In this document: positions 50,399 through 59,688 of the stretch, piece after piece
Layout: each line of letters starts with the position of its first letter
Position numbering within the stretch: position 1 is the first letter of the stretch
Translations under genes and position numbers: made by a program
The notes under the pieces: generated by a model
The model's input: only the letters and a program-made list of their open reading frames with translations
Told to the model about the DNA's origin: nothing
The model's database searches: none
NCBI GenBank assembly: GCA_964612295.1
Contig: CAZTDY010000006.1
Location: forward strand, 35,546 to 99,545
Direction of reading: 5' to 3'
Length of the DNA: 64,000 nucleotides
Source of the DNA: an uncultured bacterium
Lineage (GTDB): Bacteria; Eisenbacteria; RBG-16-71-46; CAIMUX01; WJJG01

Positions 50399-51897
50399 CT
50401 ACGCTCCTTTTGCGATCCTCGTGTCCAGAATTCGACGCACGACGCGGGCGAGAGTCCGCATCTCAATGGGTTTCTCCAGATAGTCCGCCACCCCGATCTC
50501 CAAGGCCTTCTCCCGCGGGAGAGTGCCGCTGTAGCCCGTGCAGAGAACGATTGGCGTTTCCGCCCGCACGGCCAGGAGGTGTTGGGCCAACTCATCGCCT
50601 GACATGTTCGGCATGGTCAGGTCGGCGATCACGATGTCGTAGGTCTCCGGATTGGCCTCGAACGCGGCCAGTGCTTCGCGGCTGTTGGTGTAGGTCGTGA
50701 CCTGATAGCCGAGACGAGCCAGACTCATGCTCCCAACACGGGTGATGGCCTCCTCGTCATCGATCAATAGAATGTGTTCATTACCTTGGATGTGTGCCTG
50801 GGCGCCGATTTCCGGTTCGGACTTCTCACTTTCCTCCGTCGCAAGCGGGAGATAGATGTTGAATCGGGTGCCCTCACCGATCGCGGTCTCCACGAAGACC
50901 ATCCCCCCCATCGAGGCGATGATGCTGTGGACCGTCGCCAGTCCCATCCCGGTTCCCTCACCGACCTTCTTGGTCGTGAAATAGGGTTCGAAGGCCCGGC
51001 TCTTGACGTCGTCGTTCATTCCCACGCCGGTGTCCTGGATGCTGAGCTGGACGTATTCCCCGGCGTCCAGACCGAGGAATTGCTCTGCTTCCACATCCGT
51101 GAGATGGGCGTTCCTCAGGGAGACGGTCAGTGCCCCGTATGAGTTACGCATGGCGTGGAAGGCATTCGCGCAGAGGTTCATGACAACCTGATGGATCTGG
51201 GTGGGATCGGCTTTCACCAGACCCGTGTCCTCGTCGATGTCCCGTCGCAGGTCGATCGTCGCGGGAAGGGAGTTGCGCATGAAGTCGAGTGCTTCGTTGA
51301 CGACTGTCCCCAATCCCATCGGAGCACGTTCGACCTTCCCCGGGTGGCTGAAGGCGAGGATCTGACTGACGAGACTGGTTGCTCGCTGGCCGGCGGCCTT
51401 GATCCCGTTCAGGCACTCGTGAACCGGGCTGTCGGGAGCGATGGCGTCGGCCGCCAGTTCGGTGTAGCCCAAGATGGCATACAGCATGTTGTTGAAGTCA
51501 TGGGCGATGCCCCCGGCCAACGTGCCGATGGCTTCCATCTTCTGCGACTGACGCAGCTGGGTTTCCATCTGCACCAGATCAGATACGTCGCGCATCAGGA
51601 TGACGACGTTGGTGAAGCGACCCTGCTCGTCACGCACCGGCGAAACGGTTGTGTCGGACTTGTAGTCGGAGCCATCCTTGCGTTGACCGGTCAGACGGCC
51701 TTTCCAGGTTTCGCTCCGGCCGATCGCGTTCTCGATCTCGGGCCGGCCTGTCCCTCACCCTCCTGCAGGAGATCCTTGAAATGCTTCCCCTGCACCTCCT
51801 CATGCCCGAAGCCGGTGATCCTCTCCAAGGCGGGATTGGCGTACTGAATCACCAGCTCGGCATCGGTCATGACCAAGCCTTCGTCCGACTGCCGCAT
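50399..51897 (-). CDS. hybrid sensor histidine kinase (PAS + HisKA + HATPase + receiver), frameshifted within PAS domain
   Basis: H-box GGIAHDFNNML, HATPase G-boxes, C-terminal receiver. PAS N-half (VIQYANPALERITGFGHEEVQGKHF) lies in the 51691-51897 frame and PAS C-half (ETWKGRLTGQRKDGSDY...) in the 50399 frame. Junction is in GGCCGGCC run about 51741-51750. Confidence 0.6.
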
Positions 51898-51966
51898 GGC
51901 CGTGACCAGGCGATTCGATTCCTCTTCCGTTCGAGTGGCCCAGATCACCTGCGAGGTTGTCGCCTG

Positions 51967-54603
51967 ATGCTGGTGGCGCTCGGCCTGCTCGTCGCGCTCC
52001 TCTTGCCACCGGACGCTCACGGCCGCAACCCGATCCGCCGCGAGTTCTTCGACATCTATCCGGCGGCCGAGGGCACTCAGCTCGACGACCTGCCGAGCAA
52101 CGCGGGCCACTGCGGCGTGTGTCACTTCGACTTCGACGGAGGGGGGCCCCGCAACCCGTACGGACTGGCGATCGAGGTGGGTCTCAGCGGGGGGCTGACG
52201 GATACCGAAGCGATCCTGGCGATCGAGAACGAGGATACCGACAACGACGGCTTCAGCAACTACACGGAAGCCACCGACGTGAGTACCTTCAGAAACACGC
52301 CAACCTTCCCCGGGCTGTCCGCCACGAATTACGGTGGGATCGTGAACATTCCGGGGATTGAGGTCGAACCCTATCTGACCCCCTCGGACAGTTCGGACAC
52401 CACACCGCCCGTAGTCACGGTTCACAGTCCCGACGGTGGGGAGGTCGCAGCGGCCGAGAGCTACTTCCCGATCAGCTTCACCGCGACCGACGAGAGCGGC
52501 ATTGCCTACCTGGACATCTATCTGTCCGAGGACGGCGGCAACGAGTCCCATCCCGTTGCTTCGAGCGTACCCCCCGGAGGCGGCTACTCCTGGTTCGTGC
52601 CCAACCGACCGGGAACCGAGAACCGCATTCTGGTGGAGGCCCACGACAACGCCGGCAACGAAGGCGAGGACGCCAGCAACGCGGATTTCGAGATCACGCC
52701 CACGCCGGCCGGTTATGTCCCCAGCACGCTGCGGGACATGGAACTCTCCGGGACTCAGCCGCACGAGGGAGCCATCTTGGAGGATCCCGATGTCCACTGT
52801 GCGAGTTGCCACGGGAACTACTCCGAGGAGCACGAGGCGTGGTTCAATTGGCGCGGAAGTATGATGGGGCAGGCGGCGCGGGATCCGTTCTTCTTTGCCT
52901 GCATGGCGATCGCCGAGCAGGATGCGCCCTCCGTGGGCGATCTGTGCATCCGTTGTCACACCCAGGGCGCCTGGCAGGAGGGGCGTTCCGTTGATACCAG
53001 CGGAGGTCTCCTGAATGTCATCGATCGTCACGGTGTGCAGTGCGACTTCTGCCACCGCGTCGTCGACCATAATTACGTGCCGGGCGTGAGCCCGATCCAG
53101 GACGAGGACGTTCTCGATGATGTTTCACCACTGCCGCTTCAGTACGGAAACGGGCAGTTCATCAATGATCCTACGCCCCTACGTCGCGGACCCTACGACG
53201 ACGCAGAGGCGAGCCATGCCACCGTCGGCTCGCCCGTCCACCGTTCCGCCAACATCTGCGGCATCTGCCACGACGTGAGCAACCCGGTATTCATCCAGGT
53301 GAGCCCGGGAGACTACGTGCCCAACGCATTTGATGAAGAACACCCTGACATGGATGTTCGCAACATGTTCCCCGTCGAGCGGACGTTCAGCGAATGGAGC
53401 CAGAGCGAGTATGCGACCACCGGCGTGTATGCACCTCAGTTTGCGGGCGCCAAGGTCGACGGAATCGTCTCAACATGTCAGGACTGCCACATGCGCGATG
53501 TGGTTGGACGAGGGTGCAGCGAAGCGGGCACGCCCCTGCGAGACGATCTTGCCCTGCACGATTTTGCCGGCGGCAACACCTTCGTACCGGACATCATTGA
53601 AGATTTCTTCCCGGATGAGGTAGATGCCGCCCAACTGGCTGCCGCCAAGGCCCGCGCCCTCGGGATGCTGGAACTGGCCGCCACGGTGGAGGTTACGCCG
53701 GAGGACTTCGGGCTGACGGTTCGGGTCACCAATGAGACTGGACACAAGCTCCCTTCGGGTTATCCGGAGGGCAGGCGGGTTTGGATCAATGTGGCTGCCT
53801 ACGATGAAGCCCAGCAGCTCGTGTTCGAATCCGGGGCCTATGATCTCGATACCGGCGTGCTGACCCGCGACGATCAGGCCAAGATCTATGAGATTCACCC
53901 GGGTCTCAGTCCGGGACTCGCCGCCGCCCTGGGGCTCGAGCCGGGGTGGTCCTTCCACTTTGTGCTCAGCGACACAGTGTACTCGGACAATCGGATTCCG
54001 CCCCGCGGGTCAACCCTTGCGGGTCTCAGCGATGTTCAGTCCCCGGTCGTGGATCATGACTACGTCGATGGCCAGCACTGGGACGACACGGCCTATACGC
54101 TTCCGATCGAGGCGGTGAGCGCCACCGTGACCCTCTATTACCAGAGCACGAGCAAGGAATACATCGAGTTCCTCCGCGATGAGAACACGACAAACTCCTG
54201 GGGGCAGGATCTCTACGATGCCTGGGTCACCCAGGGCAAGTCCCCTCCCGTGGTGATTGCCCAGGTCGTCACCGACGTCACCGTCGAGCCCGGCGCAGTT
54301 GACGAAGGACCGCAGACCCGGACGCTCTCCTTTGGGCTCGAACCCGGCAAGCCGAGCCCCTTCACGAGCCGCACATCGATCGAGTATGCGGTGCCGGAGG
54401 CCCAGACGGTGGAGCTCGGGATCTACGATCTCAGCGGCCGCCTGGTGCGCACGCTCACCTCGGGCCACCAGCCGGCGGGGCAGCACACGGCCTACTGGGA
54501 TGGCTCGGATCGGAACGGTGATCGGGTCGCATCAGGAATCTACTTCGTGCGCTACGCAGCCGGTGATCTCGTGGCGGAGCGAAAGCTGATCCTGCTGGAA
54601 TAG
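51967..54603 (+). CDS. multiheme (6 x CxxCH) c-type cytochrome with T9SS C-terminal sorting domain
   Basis: Signal peptide MLVALGLLVALLLPPDAHG. Heme motifs CGVCH, CASCH, CIRCH, CDFCH, CGICH, CQDCH. DTDNDGFSNY Ca-binding-like motif. CTD ...GIYFVRYAAGDLVAERKLILLE. Confidence 0.75.
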   Translation: MLVALGLLVALLLPPDAHGRNPIRREFFDIYPAAEGTQLDDLPSNAGHCGVCHFDFDGGGPRNPYGLAIEVGLSGGLTDTEAILAIENEDTDNDGFSNYTEATDVSTFRNTPTFPGLSATNYGGIVNIPGIEVEPYLTPSDSSDTTPPVVTVHSPDGGEVAAAESYFPISFTATDESGIAYLDIYLSEDGGNESHPVASSVPPGGGYSWFVPNRPGTENRILVEAHDNAGNEGEDASNADFEITPTPAGYVPSTLRDMELSGTQPHEGAILEDPDVHCASCHGNYSEEHEAWFNWRGSMMGQAARDPFFFACMAIAEQDAPSVGDLCIRCHTQGAWQEGRSVDTSGGLLNVIDRHGVQCDFCHRVVDHNYVPGVSPIQDEDVLDDVSPLPLQYGNGQFINDPTPLRRGPYDDAEASHATVGSPVHRSANICGICHDVSNPVFIQVSPGDYVPNAFDEEHPDMDVRNMFPVERTFSEWSQSEYATTGVYAPQFAGAKVDGIVSTCQDCHMRDVVGRGCSEAGTPLRDDLALHDFAGGNTFVPDIIEDFFPDEVDAAQLAAAKARALGMLELAATVEVTPEDFGLTVRVTNETGHKLPSGYPEGRRVWINVAAYDEAQQLVFESGAYDLDTGVLTRDDQAKIYEIHPGLSPGLAAALGLEPGWSFHFVLSDTVYSDNRIPPRGSTLAGLSDVQSPVVDHDYVDGQHWDDTAYTLPIEAVSATVTLYYQSTSKEYIEFLRDENTTNSWGQDLYDAWVTQGKSPPVVIAQVVTDVTVEPGAVDEGPQTRTLSFGLEPGKPSPFTSRTSIEYAVPEAQTVELGIYDLSGRLVRTLTSGHQPAGQHTAYWDGSDRNGDRVASGIYFVRYAAGDLVAERKLILLE

Positions 54604-54704
54604 GATCGAGCCTCGCGACCTCGTTTTCCTGAGGGGGCGGTCACATCTTCGATGGGCCGCCCTTTCGTGTGCCTGCGGTTTCTGTTCCGCCTCCAAATCG
54701 GTGG

Positions 54705-54733
54705 TTGCCCGGACGGGTATTACTTCGTAATAT
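54705..54733 (+). promoter_or_regulatory. putative promoter (TTGCCC-N17-TAATAT) with overlapping perfect palindrome TATTAC-TTC-GTAATA
   Basis: Palindrome 54718-54732 overlaps the predicted -10. 24 nt upstream of the RHH gene start. Confidence 0.4.
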
Positions 54734-54756
54734 CACCGATCGGGAGGACGCATCAC

Positions 54757-55032
54757 ATGACACCAAGAAAGCAGGAGGTCATCACCTTCAAGGCGGATGC
54801 CGAGCTGGCGGCGGCCCTTGAGATGGTGCCCAATCGGTCGGCCTTCATCCGTTCATCGATCCTCGCCGCCCTCGAGAACACGTGCCCGCTCTGCAATGGG
54901 TCCGGAACCCTGACGGTCGAGCAGCGCCAGCATTGGCACCGCTTTTCCGAGGATCACCGGACCGAGCGATGCGGCAAGTGTCAGGCGGTCCATCTGGTCT
55001 GTAGTGCCCATCCAAGCAGGTGCGGAGGTTAG
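54757..55032 (+). CDS. ribbon-helix-helix (CopG/MetJ-like) protein with C-terminal Cys/His-rich zinc-ribbon tail
   Basis: KQEVITFKADAELAAALEMVPNRSAFIRSSILAAL fits beta-alpha-alpha RHH. Tail CPLCNGSG...HWHRFSEDHRTERCGKCQAVHLVCSAH (C-x2-C ... C-x2-C plus His). GGGAGG RBS. Confidence 0.5.
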   Translation: MTPRKQEVITFKADAELAAALEMVPNRSAFIRSSILAALENTCPLCNGSGTLTVEQRQHWHRFSEDHRTERCGKCQAVHLVCSAHPSRCGG

Positions 55033-55039
55033 GATAGAT

Positions 55040-56011
55040 ATGTTCACACGTATTTCGATTGCGCTCGGGTTTCTGTTGTTTGCCGCCGCCCTGGGGCTCG
55101 GCTGTTCGTCGGAGCAGAGCTCTTCCCGCCCGCTGGTGATCGTCAGCATTCCGCCGCTGGCCGGTCTGGCGGAGCAGATCGCGCAGGATTCGGTCGAGTT
55201 CGACGTCTTGGTGGGGGGAGGACAGAGTCCTCACAGTTTCGAGCCCACGCCGACCCAGGTCCTCGCGTTCGGTCGGGCCCGGTTGTACGTATGCGCCGGT
55301 CTGCCCTTCGAGGAACAGCTCGTGGGGAAGATCGAGGAATCGGCTGCCGGGGTGAAGATCGTGGACGTGACCGATGGAATCGTTCGGCGGGTCATGGAAG
55401 CCCACGATCATGGTGACCACCATGATCACCATCACCACGACGGCGAAGCGCACGAGCATGGGGCCGAGTCGGCGGAGGTCCTTCTGCCCGACCCGCACGT
55501 GTGGATGTCCCCGGTCAACCTGATCGAGATTGCCGGACAGATCGCCGCAGCGCTGATCGATCTCGACCCGGCGAACGAGGAAACCTACCAGGCCAATCTC
55601 GAGGCGTTGGTCTCCAGAATCTCCGCGACCGACGCAGAGACCAAGGAGACGTTGGCGCCGTATCAGGGAAAGAAGCTCTACGTTTTCCATCCGGCCTTCG
55701 GCTACTTCACCGATGTGTACGGCCTTCAGCAACAGGCGGTGGAAATCGAAGGCAAACAGCCGACCCCCAAACAGCTGGCGGATCTCATCGAGCAGGCCAA
55801 GGCGGATGGGGTGCGTCTGCTCATCGTGCAACCCCAGTTCGATCAGCGGAACGCGCAGGCGGTGGCTTCGGCGATTGGAGGGGTGGTCATGCCCATCGAT
55901 CCTCTGGCCCGCGACGTGCTCGGTGAGCTCACCCGCCTGGCCACGGCGATCGAGGCCGGCCTGCTTCCTGGGGAAGAGCATCCATCCGAGTCGCCCGCGG
56001 CGGGGAACTAG
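55040..56011 (+). CDS. znuA: zinc ABC transporter periplasmic substrate-binding lipoprotein with His-rich loop
   Basis: Lipobox LGLGCSS. His-rich acidic loop HDHGDHHDHHHHDGEAHEHG typical of ZnuA. Cluster-9 SBP fold motifs. Confidence 0.8.
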   Translation: MFTRISIALGFLLFAAALGLGCSSEQSSSRPLVIVSIPPLAGLAEQIAQDSVEFDVLVGGGQSPHSFEPTPTQVLAFGRARLYVCAGLPFEEQLVGKIEESAAGVKIVDVTDGIVRRVMEAHDHGDHHDHHHHDGEAHEHGAESAEVLLPDPHVWMSPVNLIEIAGQIAAALIDLDPANEETYQANLEALVSRISATDAETKETLAPYQGKKLYVFHPAFGYFTDVYGLQQQAVEIEGKQPTPKQLADLIEQAKADGVRLLIVQPQFDQRNAQAVASAIGGVVMPIDPLARDVLGELTRLATAIEAGLLPGEEHPSESPAAGN

Positions 56012-56013
56012 CC

Positions 56014-56781
56014 ATGGCAGAGTCCGTCTCATCGGGGGTGCCCGCGGTTGAGGTCAAGGACGTCTGGTTCGCGTATGATCGGGAGCCGGTGATCGAGGCC
56101 GCCGACTTCACGATCGAGCAAGGCGATTTCGTCAGCGTCGTGGGGCCGAATGGGGGCGGAAAGACCACCATCCTGAAGCTCATTCTTGGGCTGCTGCGAG
56201 CGGATCGGGGCCGGATCCGGGTCTTGGGGCAGTCCCCCGATCGCGTGCGACGGTTGGTGGGCTACACCCCGCAGAATGCACTTCACGATCTGCAGTTTCC
56301 GATCACCGTGATGGAGGTCGTTCTCCTGGGGCGTCTGGGGGAGCGACTGGGCGGACCCTATACCCGCGAGGACCGTCGGGAAGCGGAGACCGCGCTCGCG
56401 GAGGTGGGCGTGCTGGATCTTGCGCGTCGCGGATACGCGGAGCTGTCCGGCGGCCAGCGTCAACGGGTGCTCATCGCGCGGACCCTCTGCAGTCAGCCGA
56501 AGCTGCTGCTCATGGATGAACCCACCGCGAATGTGGACACTCAGGCGGAGGAGTCATTGATTCACCTCCTGGGCGACCTCAATCAGCGGATGACCATCGT
56601 GCTCGTCTCCCACGATCTGGCCTTTGTCGCCAAAGCGGTCAAGAGTGCGATCTGCGTCAACCGGCAGGTTGCCGTCCATGCCACGGCAGAGCTGACCAGC
56701 GAGGCGGTTCGAGGGATCTATGGTGATCAGGTCCGCGTGGTCCGTCACGATCACTGCCTCGACGAGGAGGACAAACACTGA
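56014..56781 (+). CDS. znuC: zinc ABC transporter ATP-binding protein
   Basis: Walker A GPNGGGKTT, signature LSGGQRQRV, Walker B LLLMDEP. Confidence 0.85.
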   Translation: MAESVSSGVPAVEVKDVWFAYDREPVIEAADFTIEQGDFVSVVGPNGGGKTTILKLILGLLRADRGRIRVLGQSPDRVRRLVGYTPQNALHDLQFPITVMEVVLLGRLGERLGGPYTREDRREAETALAEVGVLDLARRGYAELSGGQRQRVLIARTLCSQPKLLLMDEPTANVDTQAEESLIHLLGDLNQRMTIVLVSHDLAFVAKAVKSAICVNRQVAVHATAELTSEAVRGIYGDQVRVVRHDHCLDEEDKH

Positions 56782-57638
56782 TGGGATTCTGGGAGGCGCT
56801 CGGCAATCCGGACATCGCATTCCTGCGTTACGCGTTCATCGCCAGTCTGCTGGGGAGCGTGGCATTCGGGGTGGTGGGGACCTACGTTGTCGTTCGCCGC
56901 ATCAGCTACATCGCCGGAGCAATCTCGCACTGCGTGCTGGGCGGGATCGGCGTCGCGCTCTACCTCCAGACCACGCAGGGCTGGACTTGGTTTGATCCGC
57001 TATACGGCGCCATCCTGGCGGCCCTCATTGCCTCGGTCTTGATCGGCCTGATCAGCCTTCGTGCGCGTGAGCGCGAAGACACGGTGATCGGCGCGCTCTG
57101 GGCCCTGGGAATGGCGATCGGCCTCCTTTTCCTCGCAAAGACACCCGGCTACGTAGACCCCATGAGCTATCTGTTCGGCAATGTGCTTCTCCTCACCCGC
57201 CAGGATCTGCACACGATTCTGATTCTCGATATCGTGGTCATCGGGTTGGCGACGTTCTTCTATCACAAGTTCATGGCCGTCTGCTTCGACGAGGAATTCG
57301 CCCGCCTGCGGGGACTGCGCGTCGAGTGGCTATTCCTGTTACTTTTGTGCATCACAGCATTGACCGTGGTTCTCATGGTGCGCGTTGTTGGGATCGTCAT
57401 GGTGATTGCTCTGCTGACCCTGCCGGCCGCCGCCGCCAGTCTGCTGTCGAAGCGACTGTGGCATATGATGGGCCTGGCGATCCTCATCTGCGCGGTGGTG
57501 AACGGTGTAGGCATCGGGGTCAGCTACAGCCTGGACCTGCCGACCGGTCCCTCGATCATCGTCCTGGCCGGGATTTTCTACCTGGTGATCACCCTTGTGG
57601 CCCTGTGGCGCAAGAGAAAGCCAGCGAGACCGTCCTGA
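56781..57638 (+). CDS. znuB: zinc ABC transporter permease
   Basis: Eight TM helices, ZnuB/MntB-like. ATGA overlap with znuC stop. Confidence 0.8.
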   Translation: MGFWEALGNPDIAFLRYAFIASLLGSVAFGVVGTYVVVRRISYIAGAISHCVLGGIGVALYLQTTQGWTWFDPLYGAILAALIASVLIGLISLRAREREDTVIGALWALGMAIGLLFLAKTPGYVDPMSYLFGNVLLLTRQDLHTILILDIVVIGLATFFYHKFMAVCFDEEFARLRGLRVEWLFLLLLCITALTVVLMVRVVGIVMVIALLTLPAAAASLLSKRLWHMMGLAILICAVVNGVGIGVSYSLDLPTGPSIIVLAGIFYLVITLVALWRKRKPARPS

Positions 57639-57795
57639 TATCTCCTTGTTTTGTAATCTGTTAGAAGTACAATCTTAGCGGATGGTCACCAACCCCCACT
57701 CTTCAGGCAGCAACCTTTGGAACCTCCCCGGCCCGGATCGGTAGAGGCAAGCAGGCTGCAAGTCGAGCAATAGTCTATTGAAATGACAGACTTAC

Positions 57796-57824
57796 TTGAT
57801 TTGCATCTGCAAATGTAATATAGT
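57796..57824 (+). promoter_or_regulatory. putative sigma70-type promoter TTGATT-N17-TATAGT with perfect palindrome ATTTGCA-TC-TGCAAAT in spacer (candidate Zur/Fur box)
   Basis: Palindrome 57799-57814. Embedded in an unusually AT-rich ~120-bp stretch of a 65% GC genome. 50 nt upstream of the Fur-family gene. Confidence 0.5.
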
Positions 57825-57874
57825 AGCTTGATGCATCTAAGATGAGTTCTTGTCCTCCAACCGAGAGGCTGGGT

Positions 57875-58345
57875 ATGCAGATCGAATCGAAAACACGTCT
57901 GAACCATGAAGACCTTCTCCGGAAGGTCGGGCTCAAGGTGACCCGCTGCCGTGTGGCTATGCTCGAGTACATCGATGAGCACCGGCAGCACGCCACCGCC
58001 GATGAGATCACCAACGGCCTGAAGACCAAGGGATTCGCCGTGGACCGCGTGACCATCTACCGCAATGTGGACCGGATGCTCCAGGCCGGGCTGCTGGCGA
58101 CCATCTATGTTCCCGGTCGCGCGATGCGGGTGGGGCTCTGCCGGTATCCCGATTCTGCCCACCATCACCATGTGGTCTGCCAGGAATGCGGGAAGGTCGA
58201 GGAAGTCGAATCCTGCTTCCTGATCGACTCCTGGGATGAAGTTTGCGCCGAAGTCCACCGCGCGAGCGGTTACGAGCTGACCGGACACGTTATGCAGTAC
58301 TTGGGGCGTTGCTCCTCCTGCTCGAATGGATCCAGTCCCTCGTAG
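57875..58345 (+). CDS. zur: Fur-family transcriptional regulator, likely zinc uptake regulator
   Basis: Winged-helix N-domain and metal-site motifs HHHHVVCQECGKVEEV...CSSCS (CxxC pairs). Adjacent to znuABC. Confidence 0.75.
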   Translation: MQIESKTRLNHEDLLRKVGLKVTRCRVAMLEYIDEHRQHATADEITNGLKTKGFAVDRVTIYRNVDRMLQAGLLATIYVPGRAMRVGLCRYPDSAHHHHVVCQECGKVEEVESCFLIDSWDEVCAEVHRASGYELTGHVMQYLGRCSSCSNGSSPS

Positions 58346-58504
58346 ATAGGTGGCCTCTTGACGTCTCGACGGCGCGCCGATTCGGCCGCCGCGGGCGTGC
58401 CGGTGCGTCCGTCCCCTGACCTTCCGATCACAACACCAGACCGATCATACAATCTGACGAGAAAAGCCCCTCCGCGACCGACCCTTAGAGCGGAGGGCGT
58501 TCTT

Positions 58505-59513
58505 ATGCCGGGACTTCACATATCCGACCGCCTCCGCCAGGCCGTCAGAGCCAGTCTCGCGGGCAGCGGGTCCACGAGCTGGATGTCGCCTCGAAGGCGC
58601 TGGCTGGCCCGTGGCGCGATGCTGCTCTCGGCAATCTGTCTCGGGGTCGGGGTGGGGTTCACCCTGCGCAACGGGGCGGCCGATCCTGCTCTCCTCCCGC
58701 TTCTTCTCGGCGTCGGCTGCGCCTCCCTGGGATTCCTGGTCTACGATGTCATCGTGGGCCTCGAGATCCTCGAGAAGCGCGGCTACGAGAGCGAGATGGC
58801 CGTCGCCACCGAGATCCAGATGCGGCTCTTCCCCCGCGAGCTTCCGAATGATGAAGGCCTGTCGGTCGCGGCCTTTCACAAGCCCGCCCAGGCGGTGGGG
58901 GGGGGACTACTACGATGTGATACCTCTCGGCGACGGCCGTTACGGAATCGTGGTGGCAGACGTTTCCGGGAAAGGTGTCCCTGCTGCGATCCTCATGTCC
59001 AGTATCCGCACGCAGGTCAGGGTCCTGACGCCCCGCGGCCTGTCCCCCGACAACGTGGTGGCCTACATGAACGAGACGCTGTTCAAGGATACCGAACCCG
59101 CGCAATACGCGACGCTCTTCTACGGGTGTATCGATCTGAATGCAGGCTCGTTGACCTACGTGAATGCGGGGCATATCGCTCCGGTGATCGTGAGCCGGAT
59201 GGGGGCCAAACGACGGCTCGAGACCGGAGGGGTGCCGGTGGGGATGTTCTCCGGGTCGCCCTACGAGCAGGGAACAGAGTTCTTCGGGGCCGGGGACCGG
59301 ATGGTGCTCTACACCGACGGGGTCTCCGATGTCGGTCTGGCTTCGGGGGAGCTTTTCACCGATGACGATCTCGAAGACGTGGTGTTCAGCCATCGGACGG
59401 CGCCGGTCGACGAACTCATGCGCGGGATCCTGGATCAGGTCTATCGGGTGCATGGTGATCAGGAACAACCCGATGACATCACCCTCCTGGTCGTGGGGTC
59501 CGACGCGGCCTAG
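58505..59513 (+). CDS. membrane-anchored PP2C-family (SpoIIE/RsbU-like) serine phosphatase, interrupted by G9 homopolymer
   Basis: Two TM helices, then ...AQAVGG | DYYDVIPLGDGRYGIVVADVSGKG...DGVSD PP2C motifs. The two halves are in different frames (58358-frame and 58611-frame). They join perfectly if the G run 58897-58905 were 8 G instead of 9. Confidence 0.65.
58897..58905. repeat. poly-G homopolymer (9 nt) inside coding sequence
   Basis: Direct reading: GTGGGGGGGGGAC. Confidence 0.9.
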
Positions 59514-59688
59514 GGTGGGGGGATTCCCAGAAGGCCTCGTCGCTCAGGGCCTCGCAGGGCTCGGATTCGCTTCTCGACCTCTGGCCCCCCCTGCTGTCCT
59601 CCAAATTCGCTTCTGCGATATCCCCACCTTGACATCCGAGCCTTTCATCACCAATCATCTGTCAGTCCACAACGAGCAGGAGAGGTGA

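Noticed and set aside
51691-53070. 459-aa minus-strand ORF
   Set aside because: Mostly antisense to the multiheme cytochrome gene. Only its last ~68 codons (51691-51897) are genuine, encoding the N-terminal PAS half of the sensor kinase.
54636-54672. Hairpin GGGCGG...CCGCCC after cytochrome gene as terminator
   Set aside because: Stem only 6 bp with a 16-nt loop and weak U tract. Too weak to call confidently.
58358-59365. 335-aa ORF overlapping PP2C gene
   Set aside because: Its N-terminal 180 aa are the real TM/N-terminal part of the PP2C phosphatase. Beyond the G9 tract the frame is spurious.
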